From contig CBFFRP010000097.1 of NCBI GenBank assembly GCA_965644295.1, positions 1 through 64,000 on the forward strand: a stretch of DNA of 64,000 nucleotides, written 5' to 3'. A program made the position numbers and the translations under genes. Positions 35,863 through 49,410 of the stretch are shown here, in pieces. The stretch's first letter is position 1. Each line of letters opens with the position of its first letter. This stretch comes from Paraphysomonas bandaiensis (Eukaryota > Protista > Chrysophyceae). The notes beneath the pieces are model-generated. The model was not told the DNA's origin and ran no database searches. It saw only the letters and a program-made list of their open reading frames with translations.

Positions 35863-36327
35863 ATGCCAGTGAATATCAATGTTGAAAATCTGGTATCGGT
35901 TGATGAACTGCAAGCGGCTGTAGCTCAGGCTGCGATACAGCTACATGCATTGCCAGACGGGATTGCTGCGATGCCAGAGCAACTCCAGGAAATTCAAGAA
36001 ATGCTACAAGACTTAAAGCAGCAAATGAAGCAAGAAATGCAGCAAGTGAAACAAATTCTACTAGACATACGGCTGCAGTTGTTGCAATTGGAGAATTCAG
36101 TTGCATTGGCAAACAACAGATCCAGATCGGAGGATAATCATGTTCTTATGCCATTAACTGTATTCGGTGTGCCAGTACCTCCAGAGATGCCTGTCGTATT
36201 ATCTGATCTGCGCAGGATGAACATGCAATCTTGTGATACAGTCCTGCGGTATTACAGTCTTCCTGATGACGGTACGCTACAGCAGAAACGCGAGCGGCTA
36301 GCCAATCATATTGGAGCTCATCTCTAG
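35863..36327 (+). CDS. Coiled-coil protein with Mug135-like (DUF1773) C-terminal domain
   Basis: Gln-rich heptads, then N...LMPLTVFG..VPPEMP..LSDL..MN...CDTVLRYYSLPDDGTLQQKRERLANHIG, matching the Mug135_C pattern recalled from fungal proteins. Intronless. Confidence 0.65.
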   Translation: MPVNINVENLVSVDELQAAVAQAAIQLHALPDGIAAMPEQLQEIQEMLQDLKQQMKQEMQQVKQILLDIRLQLLQLENSVALANNRSRSEDNHVLMPLTVFGVPVPPEMPVVLSDLRRMNMQSCDTVLRYYSLPDDGTLQQKRERLANHIGAHL

Positions 36328-39253
36328 TAGCTTTGATCATCCTTAGCATCGTCTTTTATTACTCGTGGTTTCATTTTGTGTTATTATTGTTTTCGTTTAG
36401 CGTGCCTCATCATTTTATCACTCGTTACGACGTAAATAAGTATTAGTGTTGTGTTATAGTTTTCTATCTTTTTCGTGTATCGTAATCAGAAAACGCACAC
36501 GAGCGCCTGGTAACCACAAAATAGAAAATAATGGCCACTTGTTCTAATACAACCTCTTCTTGTTGTCAACTTGAACTGCAGTATTAAGTCACTACTCCTT
36601 TAATACAACTACAATGAAATTTAATATTCTGTACCACACTCCTACTCAGACATCAAACTTCAACACATATGTGACGTTGTAACGCTGAATTTACAAAATA
36701 AGAATCGGAAAATAATTTCTAACGATATACATGTGCGCTACTCACGGCTTCCTAGTATTTACTATCAGTAGATGGTAAGTAAATACTACATAAAATGTAA
36801 AATACAAAATAAACAACTATAAAAATAGAAGTAAGAAGGAAATAATACTAAAATAAGTAAATGCAGCACAAAATAGAACACAACAAATTCCGTAATTGTC
36901 AACCACTTCACTTACTTCACGCAACACTTACAATACCCCAATTTACTTCTATAAACTCCAATACATTTCTTCATGGTTACTACGTATATTTCACTAATAC
37001 AGTACTTCACAATTTTGAAGTAATACTATCCGAATAATACAACCATTTACTGTTGTAGCTATACACACAATATACATTGCTGCTAAAAATAGTAGCTTGC
37101 ATGTACGCTCCTATTAATATATACTACATTTAGTACTATGTATACGATGCAGTTCAACACTCCGCTTCGAAATTCGGATTGAAGTAAAATACAATTTTCT
37201 TTCCGGTTGATCATTATCAGTATATCTGTCTACTTCTTAGATAGCTCTCAAACAGATTCGAATTCACTGGAACCGTCAATCTCGTCCTCATTATATGTAT
37301 GGGAAGATCATCAATTGAGATGACAGTTACGTCACTGAAAGCATCATGATACAGATGTCTCTGTCGTCCTCAGTGTTCATCTGCTTATACTACCAAAGGT
37401 ACTGTTTCTTTGTCACTCTGCCTGTCATTGAACAACAGAACTTAGCCTAGCTGCTCCATTATATAGCAATCCTATCACTGTTAGTGTACATGTACATGGA
37501 GCAGCATGTTCAACTGGCAGTTGAGTACACGCTCGTGTTGCTGAAGAATGAACGCATATTTATGCTTTAAAATATGCTGTTTTTATATTTTTAGGCTCTA
37601 GAAATATAGGACTTTTCCAAAAAACACTTCTTGTAAATACCTTGTGAGGTCGATGTATACAGCTGTATACTGCTGTATAGTGGATCTCAACGGTTAAGAT
37701 CAAACAGAGAGGGAATGGAAGATGCAGAGAGTGATGCAATGAGCGATAGATACGATCAGATCGTAGAAGTATTCAGATGCTTTGATATCTGTTGAAGTAA
37801 TGAATGAGTAGTAGACTATGTTAGAGCAACGGAAATGATATTTTCATACTGAATCAATGACATCTTATCAGTATTCAGCTGTACGAAATTATGCAGAGAA
37901 TAAAACTATCGAGCCCAAGAGGCCAGTCACTTCTCAGATCTATGCGATGCGCAGATTTCCATAGATTGGAGCACGATGATATTGATAACGGAACTGATTG
38001 GTCTAAGGTCATGGGCGATCTCTGCCATAAGATCAATACTGATGATGTGGCAAAGATATTACGTCCATGGAGTCAACAATTTCCACCTCTGAACCAATCA
38101 ACTGTTTCTCGACAATAAATAGTTTGGGACAAGAGTTATTTTTTATTGATACTTCAGTATCATTTTGAATTCGATATGGAGGTTGTACAATATCGATCAC
38201 ATTTTAGCGTTCAATGCTGACATGATAGAACTTTAATGAAACAATTAAGTTGAAGCAGAATTATTGTACTCTAATTTAGAAATGTGTGCTTTACGTTGAA
38301 AATAATTAATCAATTTGTTTTGTAGTTTGAAAGTAGTTAGATGTGCGTCATCTTGGCAATGGTAATGATGCCATTCATTTGTCTTCATCTTGAGAAATTA
38401 GAAATAAATGAAGGGGATGGTATGGAAGGTTGTCTTATCACTGTAATTATTAAGATTGTATTATAGAATGTACGCCATCTCCGGTTCTAAGTGCCCTTTA
38501 TCAAAAGTAAAGATGCAGCCTATAAACTCTGGCCCGAGGGGATGTGTCAGAGGGAGAATATACCACGAGATTTCCATATAGGTGTACGCCCTTGACAAAG
38601 TCGGACTCGCACCTTTTCGTGGTGTTCTGAGGGATAAGTACCGGAGATTTTTCTCCAGAAAACTAACATGAGCCGCATAAATAGTCAGCAGATAACATTC
38701 TGCCTACTCATAGCCAAATGCTTGTGTAATACATGGGACACTAATTAGTGTCACTTTTGTAGACGTTTTTCGGCCTCTAATAGGTGTACGTGCAGCTCAC
38801 CATTATTGCTATTACAACTTCTAACTAGCTAATTGGAAGAGTATGTGACAACATGATACGACTTCTGTATGCTGTAAGATGAAAATGATTATTATTGGTA
38901 GGCCTTAATAGTTACGACACCTTCATTTCTGAAATAAATCAGCACTCTTCTGTTTTTACAAGTATAACTTCCTCCTTTTTCAAAATATCAACGTAGTACG
39001 TCAGCATACAAAATGTAGCCGACAGCATATATGCAAGTAGTATATATTTGATATGTGACATCCATGGAAGAGTATCACCACAGAGGGGTATATTTACGAT
39101 TACCCTGAAAGATATTCTACTACCTGCAAGTATTTGTTACAAATATTGACGGTCCAGGCCAATCGATAAAGGTTATTCTATAATTACGAATTACGATATC
39201 ACTGGAAAAAGTTAAGAATATAACAAAATGAACATCAAATTATCAATACAGTC

Positions 39254-42200
39254 TTATCGCTTCTGTCCCATTCCTCCCCCAATACCACTACCACGCTTGA
39301 GAGCAGAGGGCCTTGCCTTCGTGTTTTTACATATAGGTATATGTCTTTCGCCGCTGATCTTATTGAATCGTCGTTTACAGTGTGGACAAGTTACCATATC
39401 ATCATCTGGTTCATCATTGACACTTCCAACTACTTCTATGTTTACCGAGCCACCTGCACCGCTCCCTCCCTGCCTCATTGCCGCCATCGCCTGTCGTAGT
39501 TGATTCGACTGTCTTCTCCACCTACAGAGCATTGAACGGTTACAGTTGAACATGCGACTTATGATTTATTCAACATAAGCATATCTCACTTGTTCGACTT
39601 CGTTTTCACAGACGCAGAACTTCCCGCCTTTTGTTTATTATGCTGCTCACGGGTTTTCTGCAATGCTGTAAGTTTTGATGCTCCTATTTGTTCCATATGT
39701 CGAGGGGAAAGGGAGTCCCGTGTAACATTCTGTATTGGAAGGGCTGTAATTGGTACTGTACACGCAGGACACTTGCACCCCGATGAACGGGTACAGTTTA
39801 CAGGTGTGGGAACAGTACTACGAGGCATCTCGGTTAACTGAGGTGCGTGTGAACTGGAGATAACCGGTTCAGTTGTGCCTGGTACGGGGGGCGGACGGGT
39901 GGCCTCAGGAGGAGGCCGTGACGGCAACGGTGGCGTTGGTAACATAGCTGCACCACCTGCATGTTTATATGAAACTGGTTCTACACAAATATTTATAGCT
40001 GTGTGCTAATTCCACTGCTGCTCAAATTGTCTTTCCTACCTTTACTTTCGTCATACAAATTTCTTGTCGACTCACTTCCGTCCGTACAATCTAATTGAGA
40101 AGCTTCACTACCTGGAATGTCACTCCCATTGCTACTTGAGACTCCACTTCTACTTCTGGACGCCATACCCCTAGCACGAGGTTTCTTTTTCAGTAGTTGT
40201 AACGATGCTCGCACGTCATTTGCGGCAGGAGCTGGAGGTGAATCTATAGATGTGTCGTTTGTACTATCGGCAGGCACCGCGGGAGAAGAAGCGTGACTTT
40301 GATCCTTCAACTCTTTAGCTACAGGCTTCGATTTTAGCTAATAATCAAATGAGATAAAGATCGAAATTTAATGAGAATAGTATTACCTTCGTAGTTGAAC
40401 TACTTTTGCCTGTAACTACTGCATTCTTGTTCTTACTAACTGTTTTTTCGTCCTTTGTTGCAGCTTTATCTGTCGACTTTAGATCATCAGTGGTAGATGT
40501 TGTTGAGTTTGAAGGCTTGAGAGCTGGTTTCTTTTTCGGCTCTTTCAACTGCTTTGGCTTCGATATTTCCTCCAACCTTAATACGCATAACTCATCATTT
40601 CAATACAATGGACGCTAATGACATCTCATTTCACGCACCATACTTTATGTTGTCAGATACAGTAATACACATATCGCTGACACGATAAGGTAGCCATTTC
40701 ACGCTTACCTCTTTTGAGATGGTGTCAGCTTCTTCGGTATGACGGGCTCAAGAGAATGCTGCGTAGGGATAAACTCTTGCACTGTCATGTGTCCTCCACC
40801 CCTTCCTCCTTTCGTTTTCGACTTGTTTCCGCCTTTTCCTCGACTACTATCGTCTCTCATTGGCAGAGAACTCCCAACATCATGTTCCGCGCTCATGTTA
40901 CTAATATTTAAAAAATCGTCTACCTGAGTACCCATAACAGCAGTGTCACCTTCCCCTGCCTCTTCCAATAAGAGTTTATAAATTCCACCAGATTTAGGGG
41001 GACCTTTGCTTCCCCCCCCTTTTTTTGCTGTTTTCTGGACACCTCGAGTGTTTTTCTGTTTCTGCGGTTGATGAGATGAGGTTCTTTCCTGTATACTGGA
41101 CGTGCCCTTTCGTCCATTCGAACCGTAACCGGGATGGCTCTCAGTGCGCTCGGCTGGTAAGTGCACTTGATCGGGTTCCAGAATCTCATTCACATCATGT
41201 AGCGAATCCAATACCATTTGATGTAACCCAGAAGGACTGTTAGGGGGTCTTTTACTTCGTTCTGTACTATGCGCAGTGCTTTGAAAATCCCACTCCGTCA
41301 TCTCTTCTTCTGACATTGGGTAGCCATACTGCAGCAAAAATACAATCGCGACGTGTAGTTTCTCCAACCCCCACTGCTCGCAGAGCGCCAGGGTTCTATG
41401 CAAATACTTGTCACGTCCACCTTCTACTCCATCATCTGCGGAGTCACCTCTACCAACAGAGGAGTGAATCAGTTGACAGTAAGACTCAATAGAAAGTGTC
41501 TCAAGATGTATCATATCCAGCTCACTTGCAACACGGCAGAGTTCCAGCAACACAGCCGCTTGTGAGGAACATTCAGTGTCTATTCGAAATAAAGCATTAA
41601 ACACATTCTTGAAACTTCGTGCTACAAGAATAACATATACTACACAACAATGTATCAGTTGTCAGAATTCACAATACTATGTCGTATACAAATAAGCCTA
41701 TGGACAGTATTATATGAAATATACCATGTTGAGTGTAGTCAGTCTCTACAACAGGCAAATACGAAGGAATAGGCACGACTGTTCCAGTGTGCATATAATG
41801 CACCAGGAGGGTAAGAACTTCGCCACTAGCATCCACAGAGACCTCCAGGCCTCCGCTTGGAGGGCGGTCTGCAATTGTAAGGCACGTCATATCAATTGCC
41901 TTAATAAATTCAGGAAGATACCTGATTGCTTGTATCCATCCCAGAAGTCACTCAGAACTTCCCTCATTCCAGGACATCTAGTACCAGATTAATATATAAC
42001 ACACCAGTAATATATAATTCGAAACACTAAAATAGCTACAACCACTTGCTACTAAAGCATACCATCACCAAGTTAATACGTACCGTGCCCATAACAACGC
42101 CGAGCTCAGTCTCCAGGGTGTTCCATTCCCTCGCGGTCTGTTTGGCAAAAGCTTTACAAGTAAACTAGAGATGATACGATTGTATTGTATCATTACAACG

Positions 42201-43703
42201 TAAATAGGTCAGTAATTCAAATAGTTTACCCCAATGTCGTGCAGCTAATATATAACCAAAAATTGCATTTATACTGACCTTAGCTCGACGTCTCTATAAA
42301 GTATGGAATTCCCCTCCGCTCGATCACGTATTCCTGTAGGATCATTTCCATGAACTTCACCCACCACAGAAAGGTCACAGGACATTACTGCCCAGCTGCC
42401 AATTAATCTACAACCATTATACGTAAATAGTAGATAAAATATTCGCCAAGAGCATCGGCAGTACCTTCGTCTGAGAGAAGGAGAGAGATGGACCGCAACA
42501 CTCAGTAGATCCGCTGCCTCCTCCCGCAAATCCTGCACAAACGTTTAGTTTCTCAGCATTATAACAGTCTCACACGGCATAGGCTTCAAAAATAAGTAGT
42601 AACACACATGTGTACGCAAGAAAATACGTCATACCGTGGACGTATATGGAGCCGATGCTCCGCACAACAACTGTAGCGCAGTGACACCTCCCATTGACAT
42701 GAATATCGACGAAATCGGCCCATCCCTAATACCCAAGAAAATCTAGCTGTGAGGTCTTGAGGCAAAAATGGAGCATAATATACTGAACACTATCCAAGAA
42801 GTACATCTAATAGTTATGTGCACGCACAGACCTGTGTGTACCAATATAACCATAACATAATACGCACCTAAGACAGTGTCCCGCAAGTGTAAGTAAGAGA
42901 ACACCAGGAAGATTATTTCCACGGGAGTTCGTTGCCCCAGATAAAGGAAGCAGCGCACTCCCGGATAATAGTGATATACCCTGCGATGATGAATGTTCAT
43001 GCAACACCCGTAAATCCAATGAACTTGAAAATGATCCCTTGTTATCAGGTCTATATCCACAACGAGATAATAGCCAATCACGACAATTAGAAAGAATATC
43101 GTCGGTAGGAATGTCTTTTGATTCACCCTTTAATAAAAGACACAACAGAAAGATATACAACACACCACTCTCCAGGTCTCCCCATTTCCTATACTGAGAA
43201 GCCATCACAATCCACCCTTGATTGGATGCGAAGTGAGGAGTGCACTGTTCGTTTAGAGCCATGCTGCAGAGGGACCGTAGAGCTTGCCGTCTAGTTACCT
43301 TGGAAGTGGTGGACTGCATCGCAATTGCCAATAAGCCTTGTATCGCACCCGTTTCTTTAGCCAAATGCATTACAGTACTGGGAATACAGCACGAGAGAAA
43401 TAGTTGAACGGCTTCACTCTGTAGTTCCACGGAGGGATCGTGAAGAAGCTCCACGAGAACATCAGGTGTGCCCAGTCCATCCAACATATGTAGCAGATAA
43501 TCATAACCAGAATCATTTTCTACACTTTCAGCAATTGTATCGAAGCATTCGGGACGTGTCCAGGTGCTGTATATATATGACAGACCACATAAGGGAGTGG
43601 TGTATACGTATCACGCTAGAGAGACATACCTTTCTCTGGTAAGACGATGATACCAATACGTTCGACCAGTTCTTTCATCAACTGCACTGCGCCAATCGTC
43701 CAT
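39254..43703 (-). CDS. Large multi-exon protein: WW domain - ARM-like repeats - BTB-like segment - disordered region - C2HC zinc finger
   Basis: MDDWRSAVDERTGRTYWYHRLTRE|STWTRP (WW); LVELLHDPSVELQSEAV and GAIQGLL (ARM); DASGEVLTLLVHYMHTG (BTB-like); MVTCPHCKRRFNKISGERHIPICK (zf-C2HC). Intron 40577-40708 joins the two halves in frame. Confidence 0.75.
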
Positions 43704-44401
43704 GTTAGCCAATACAATACACAGATAAGCTTTCAAGTAAACGATAAGAACTCAACTAAACAAATAGATTAATACGAATATAGTCTAGCCTCCACTGCGT
43801 CTATTCATATACTCGAATAGAGATCAATGAGATGGGGTCCCCAGGCTTCGAGCTTGTCGATCTCTTTATGTGTATGGGTGGGTTAAGTGACGCGGTGTTT
43901 CTATATGTGTATGTGTGTATGTATGATTAGCTCTCAGCTCATGTGATTTGGATTTAAATATACATGTATCATAGCTATACATACAGAATACAGGACTGTA
44001 TTACTATGATATGTATACTGTGGGGCTGGTATTGGGTGGGATGAATGGTGTCTGCTGCTGGTGATGTATTTTTATATTAACGAACAGAGAATGTGATTTT
44101 TATGTACTTATGGAAGTAAGTACTGCAGTGTGCGGTACAGCTAGACATCTACTGCAGGTGTAGAGGTACACAGTAGAACTAACTGTTACATGTACAGGCA
44201 GATGTACAGTACGGTTTCCTTATATATGGAAGGCACTGCAAACCATATAATCGCCCATGAACCTCAATGACATAGCTTTCAAGCGATTATTATATATGGA
44301 ATAACATGCCTAGAAGAATTCCAGTACTTTGCAAGGCTTGATAGACATTTATCGTGTGGACCAAGGCACTACGCCTGTCCTCAACTCCCGTTAACGACAT
44401 T

Positions 44402-45073
44402 ATGAGTTTAAGAAGCAATCGTGAGACAATTGACAAACTGAGAAATAGAGATTCATCACCTGCTAGTCATAGAGTTATACAGGAACATTCTAGATTCATT
44501 ATAAGTAGTTTGGATGAGATGGAGAGAGACCTGTGCTCGAAGCTGTTGAATGGAAATGATAATGAAGAGGAAATACAGCCGCAGACTAACAGCAGTGAAA
44601 GTTTACTCCCATGTGATTCTATCCCTTTACCACCACTACTCACCCCTGAGTATATAGAATCGCACACGTTTTCTGATATTTGGCTGGAATTAGCTCGGTC
44701 TGGTTGGAGTATGTCGAAGTCGAATTTTGATAATAAATTCACATATATATCACCGGACAAGCGAACAGAGTACCATTCCGAAGAAGAAGTTTTGATATTT
44801 CTCCAAGTAATGCTGGGCACCTCCAACCCAGTGGGCGAAATTGAGGATAGTGAATCACAGTCGCATTTGCGTATTGTTAAGGCCAGAATAATTGAGTTTA
44901 TGAAGGATCAATGCGGCCGGCGTGTTGGTTTGACAAGTATCAAAACGGCTCTAGAAAATGTGTCTGCCAACTGGATCAATATTGCACTAGATGTCCTTGT
45001 GAAAGAGAATAAATTGTCCCGCAGAACAAAGGGTGGTCGTCCATATTATATGATTCTGACGTCACCTGTTTAA
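44402..45073 (+). CDS. Putative DNA-binding protein: W..L...GW...Y.Y..P module plus C-terminal winged helix
   Basis: FSDIWLELARSGWSMSK...FTYISPDKRTEYHSEEEVLIFL, then IIEFMK...VGLTSIKTAL.NVSANWINIALDVLVKENKLSRR.KGGRPYY (wHTH pattern). True start uncertain. Confidence 0.6.
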   Translation: MSLRSNRETIDKLRNRDSSPASHRVIQEHSRFIISSLDEMERDLCSKLLNGNDNEEEIQPQTNSSESLLPCDSIPLPPLLTPEYIESHTFSDIWLELARSGWSMSKSNFDNKFTYISPDKRTEYHSEEEVLIFLQVMLGTSNPVGEIEDSESQSHLRIVKARIIEFMKDQCGRRVGLTSIKTALENVSANWINIALDVLVKENKLSRRTKGGRPYYMILTSPV

Positions 45074-45602
45074 CGTTACATTTCACTTATTATAAGTTAT
45101 ATATATGGTATATAAGTGTCTGTAAGTTTTGTTTTTGTTGGACATGTGATATATGTTTAGTTGCGAAATTGAGCTGATAGTGTTTGTAATATGTAATATA
45201 TGAGCATTATGGTTATATAGTTAATGATAAATCTGTTTTGTAAGCAAACAAAGTTATAGGTAGTCTTTCATAAATAGATATATAGTAGTTTCTTCCTAAT
45301 TCCTAATACTTGTAAATTTCAAATGAAGAAGGTCGAGTCAGTTTAAGTATTGTGATGTGATCGCTGTAGTGCACCTGTCACCAAAGTCACCAACAACTCA
45401 TATCTTCAACAGAGATGATTTTCTTATATTATTTATTAATACTCCTATTGTTAGAGTTGTCTATTGTCTAGGCAGTGTAAACGTAGAAGTTGCTTGTTAG
45501 TTGTTAGTTGTACTTTAATAACAACTTATACAAGGTATATATTATATATGTATAACGCAATACGCAATGATCAGAGTCAACAAAAAATAAGATATATTAT
45601 CA

Positions 45603-45663
45603 ACCATTACCGGTAGTCCCGTTCAAGGCAATTATAATTGTCATTAACGGCTACCAGGCCCTG
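45603..45663. mobile_element. Truncated right end of the 33161-type MITE
   Basis: GGTAGTCC.GTTC..GGCAATTATAAT...CATTAA.GG.TACCAGGCCCTG matches 33161-33289. Confidence 0.7.
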
Positions 45664-45974
45664 AGACATACGTATACCAGTGAGTAAGCGCAATGAACAA
45701 TGAATGGAGGTCTAACTGGTCGTTTATACAAAAAAATACTTTATCAATTCGTTCGATATCATTGAATAAAATTCTTAATAGGACGCATCTCTCTGAATAA
45801 TCCAACTTTTTAAGACTATGAAATTGCTTCGCTACGAACGCTCCAACAAAGTAAACTGGCTCCCTTTCGAGCACAATAGGACTTAAATAACACACACCAT
45901 ACCCACTACCCTAATACAGTTATAACTCTGATATATCCGTGGGTAAGCGATTCTGACAACAGAGAGCAGGTAAT

Positions 45975-48934
45975 TTAATCCTCCATAAAGAAGTAATTTC
46001 CTTCTGCCTTCTGCTCACGATCCTTGATGGAATCCAACTTGTTAATTCTGACAAGAAATTTTTCAGTTAGCAGCGGCCAACATGTAGATACACAATTATA
46101 CGTATAATTATAAATTTATCGTGCACATAATTAATTTTACACATTATTAGCCTTTACCTTGGTCTGAAATTAGCGGGATCCCTTCTAAACGTGATGTTCA
46201 GCAGCTCCAAGAAAGTGTTCATACCTTGAATCAAGCCCTACTCGCAGACATATTCAGTTATATTTTTCATAACCAATATTCCACTATGGGCCAGCTATAT
46301 TAACATTCGTGCGCAAACGCAGAGAAATATAAAGCAAATGATACAAGTTACAATACCTGAGGGGAATGAGCTGTGGTCTCAACACCAGGCTCGCCATCGT
46401 ATACGACTACCCTATCGGCCAGATAGGTGGCCATGATAAAGTCGTGCTCCACAACAAAGGCAGTCTTCTTCGAGTGCAAAATAAATCTCTTGATAACCTT
46501 TGATGCAGCAATACGCTGTTCGCTATCGAGGTAGGCAGATGGCTCGTCAATCTACATTCAACTATTATTCGAACAACATATGTTGCACTAAAAATGCTAC
46601 TATGAAAAATTCTACATCATCACTTACCAGGTAGATGTTGGCAGGAGTGCCCAAGGCAAGAACGATAGCTACGCGCTGGAGCTCTCCACCGGATAGATTT
46701 TGTACACCGTTATCCACAATGCTACATATAAGTATAAGAGAAGTGATACATACATTTGCACCACCATATTGAGTATTTCAGTGATTGTGGGACGTAAATT
46801 ACATGTCTATACACTCACTCACCTTTCAATGCTCATAGGTTTCATGACGTCAGATACAAATTGAGGATGGACATAAGCGTCTCTGATTTTTTTGTGAAGA
46901 AGCTGTCGTACAGTGCCTTGAAATTTAGGGGAGATCTTTTGCGGCTTGTAGCTGCCAGTTTACATATCGGTATAATCAGATTTTTTTAAATGCCATAGCT
47001 TTCACGACTTACCTGACATTCAGATGTGGCACGCCACAGGCTAAAGCCTTCTCCGTATCTCCAGATGCTTCCGCCTCGGCCTAACAAATACAAATCAGGG
47101 TAAACTAGAACAAATAGACACTCCTGTAAAATCATTTTCGTCGCAAGGTATTCATTACACATGATATATGAATTACACATAACACATGACATTCACGCTA
47201 CAGAACAATCCAATTGAATGCATGCAATACATTGTATGTCACGCACTTGTTCATCGCTCTTCAGGAGACCCGCGAGCATACGAATGAATGTAGTCTTTCC
47301 TGTACCATTTTCTCCAAGCATAACCACAATTTCAGAATCTGTGAACGATCCCTGTTTTCATGTATTATGAATGAAAAGATATTTACATGTGTAACTTACC
47401 GCCTCGACGTGGAGCTTAAAGACTTGCTGCCCCTGGCGCATAGTTTTGGTCATGGCGGGGTACTGGTACATAGCAGTGCGACCACTTTCAATAGGTTCTG
47501 CGTATATCAAACTGTTAATAGTGATTTGAACATTTCTATATATTATGCATATACTTTTGTACTGTGACGAATCCAAACAAACACACAGTTCTATTATTCA
47601 AATCATATACATGAATAAACATACTGCTTACCATCAGTTTGTGTAGTTAACTTGAAATTCAGCTCCTCATCTCTAAATCTGAGGTTCTCCGTCGGCACAA
47701 ATCCCGCGAGGAAAATGTTGATTCCTTCTCGAACAGAGAAAGGCATCGTAACGACTCCATAAGCAGAAGGGGTACCATAAAGGCAGCAAATGTAGTCTGC
47801 ACAGTAATCAATATGTAAGACCATGTCAACAAAATATACACAACACGCATATCTGTGAAGCAGATGTGGAGGTAAACTGCACCTGAGAGATAGTCAAGAA
47901 CAGCCAAATCGTGTTCAACAACAAGCACAAACTTATTCTGGCTATCGTCACCGCCGACAACTGATCGAATAATGCGAGCAGCCTAGTGATAACATTAGCT
48001 GTGGTGCTCAGCTGCGACCACACATTACTCACCTGCAATCTCTGTTTTACATCCAGGTAAGAAGATGGCTCATCGAACATGTATACATCCGCCGTCTGTA
48101 CAATCACAACCCCAATAGCAAACCTAACGCATATAGATGTTATGAACTTTCAAGAACTATTAAATACAGTAAAGACACATGAAAATGATCAACAACTCCA
48201 CTTATTCAAAAAGTTTAACACGACAAACAGTAAAATAAAAGTTAGAACCCTGAAATATACCTCTGAAGCTCTCCACCACTTAAGTTTTCGACGTTGCGGT
48301 CACTGATGTGATTGAGGTCAAGAGAATCCATAACTGAAGCCATATTGTCTCTCTGGTTCTTTGAGCTCATAATATCACTCAACTTTCCCTTCACAGCTTT
48401 AGGGATATGATCAACATACTGAGGCTTAATGATAGCCTTCAAATTGTCCTCCAGAATGCGTGTAAAGTAGTTCTGAAGCTCGGAACCTCTAAAATGGACC
48501 AATATCTCAGCCCAATCTGGAGGGGCATCATACTTTCCCAGGTTAGGCTTTTGTTTACCAGCAAGAATCTTCAGTGCAGTGGATTTACCAATACCGTTAG
48601 TACCAACAAGTCCAAGAACCTGTCCTGGTCGAGGCATAGGAAGACGATGAAGTTTAAATGAGTTGGGACCATATCTGTGAGTCTGATCTTTTTCAAGACT
48701 TTTAGGGAGGTTAATAATAGAAATCGCTTCAAAGGGACACTTCTTGACACATATACCACACCCGATACAGAGCTCCTCTGATATATACGCGACTTTAGAC
48801 ATGGGTGTCACCTCAATACATAGTTTTCCTAGACGTACTACAGGGCACTGTCGTTTGCATTCTTGATGACATTTCTTTGGCTTACACTTGTCTGTTTTAA
48901 TGATAGCCACACGAGTTAGTTTATCGTCTGCCAT
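45975..48934 (-). CDS. ABCE1: ABCE1 / RNase L inhibitor (ribosome recycling Fe-S ATPase), intron-rich
   Basis: N-terminal [15 protein letters not shown] and [14 protein letters not shown] Fe-S motifs, [17 protein letters not shown] (twice), [14 protein letters not shown]; C-terminus [23 protein letters not shown]. Confidence 0.98.
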
Positions 48935-49112
48935 TATTGCTCCACGTAGAAATTAAGTTAAGGTATAAGTGGGCTGCTTGGGGATACAAACAGACGAAAT
49001 GAGTTACAAGTAGGAGGTAAGTGGAAGAATACTGCAGAAATAGATGGTGTGGAATACATGGCGTCCACAGTATTACAAAGAGTATAATATATGGCTAGGA
49101 TATGTTCTGTGG

Positions 49113-49222
49113 TGTATGTATGTATGTATGTATGTATGTATGTATGTATGTATGTATGTATGTATGTATGTATGTATGTATGTATGTATGTATGTATGTA
49201 TGTATGTATGTATGTATGTATG
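49113..49222. repeat. (TATG)n microsatellite
   Basis: About 110 bp, upstream of ABCE1. Confidence 0.98.
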
Positions 49223-49410
49223 CATGTATACGAATGTATCGTAGTATTATTGTATGTAGGTACGAAAAAAAATGGGGAGCACTCAAAGTACAGTTCCTGG
49301 AGTACACAGTGTGGCTCTCGTATCTCAGTGATTCAAATTTCAATGTGCTAGAAGTTATATTGACATTCACGTATATCTGAATCTCATATTGGCCCTCTAT
49401 TCTAGCTCCC

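Noticed and set aside
37716-38420. Protein-like text with many stops (includes ORF 37891..38118)
   Set aside because: Probably a decayed gene, but no family or boundaries could be supported.
47089-47246. Possible C/D snoRNA in an ABCE1 intron (ATGATT...CTGA on the minus strand)
   Set aside because: No proper RTGATGA box C, no terminal stem, and no rRNA-complementary guide that I could verify.
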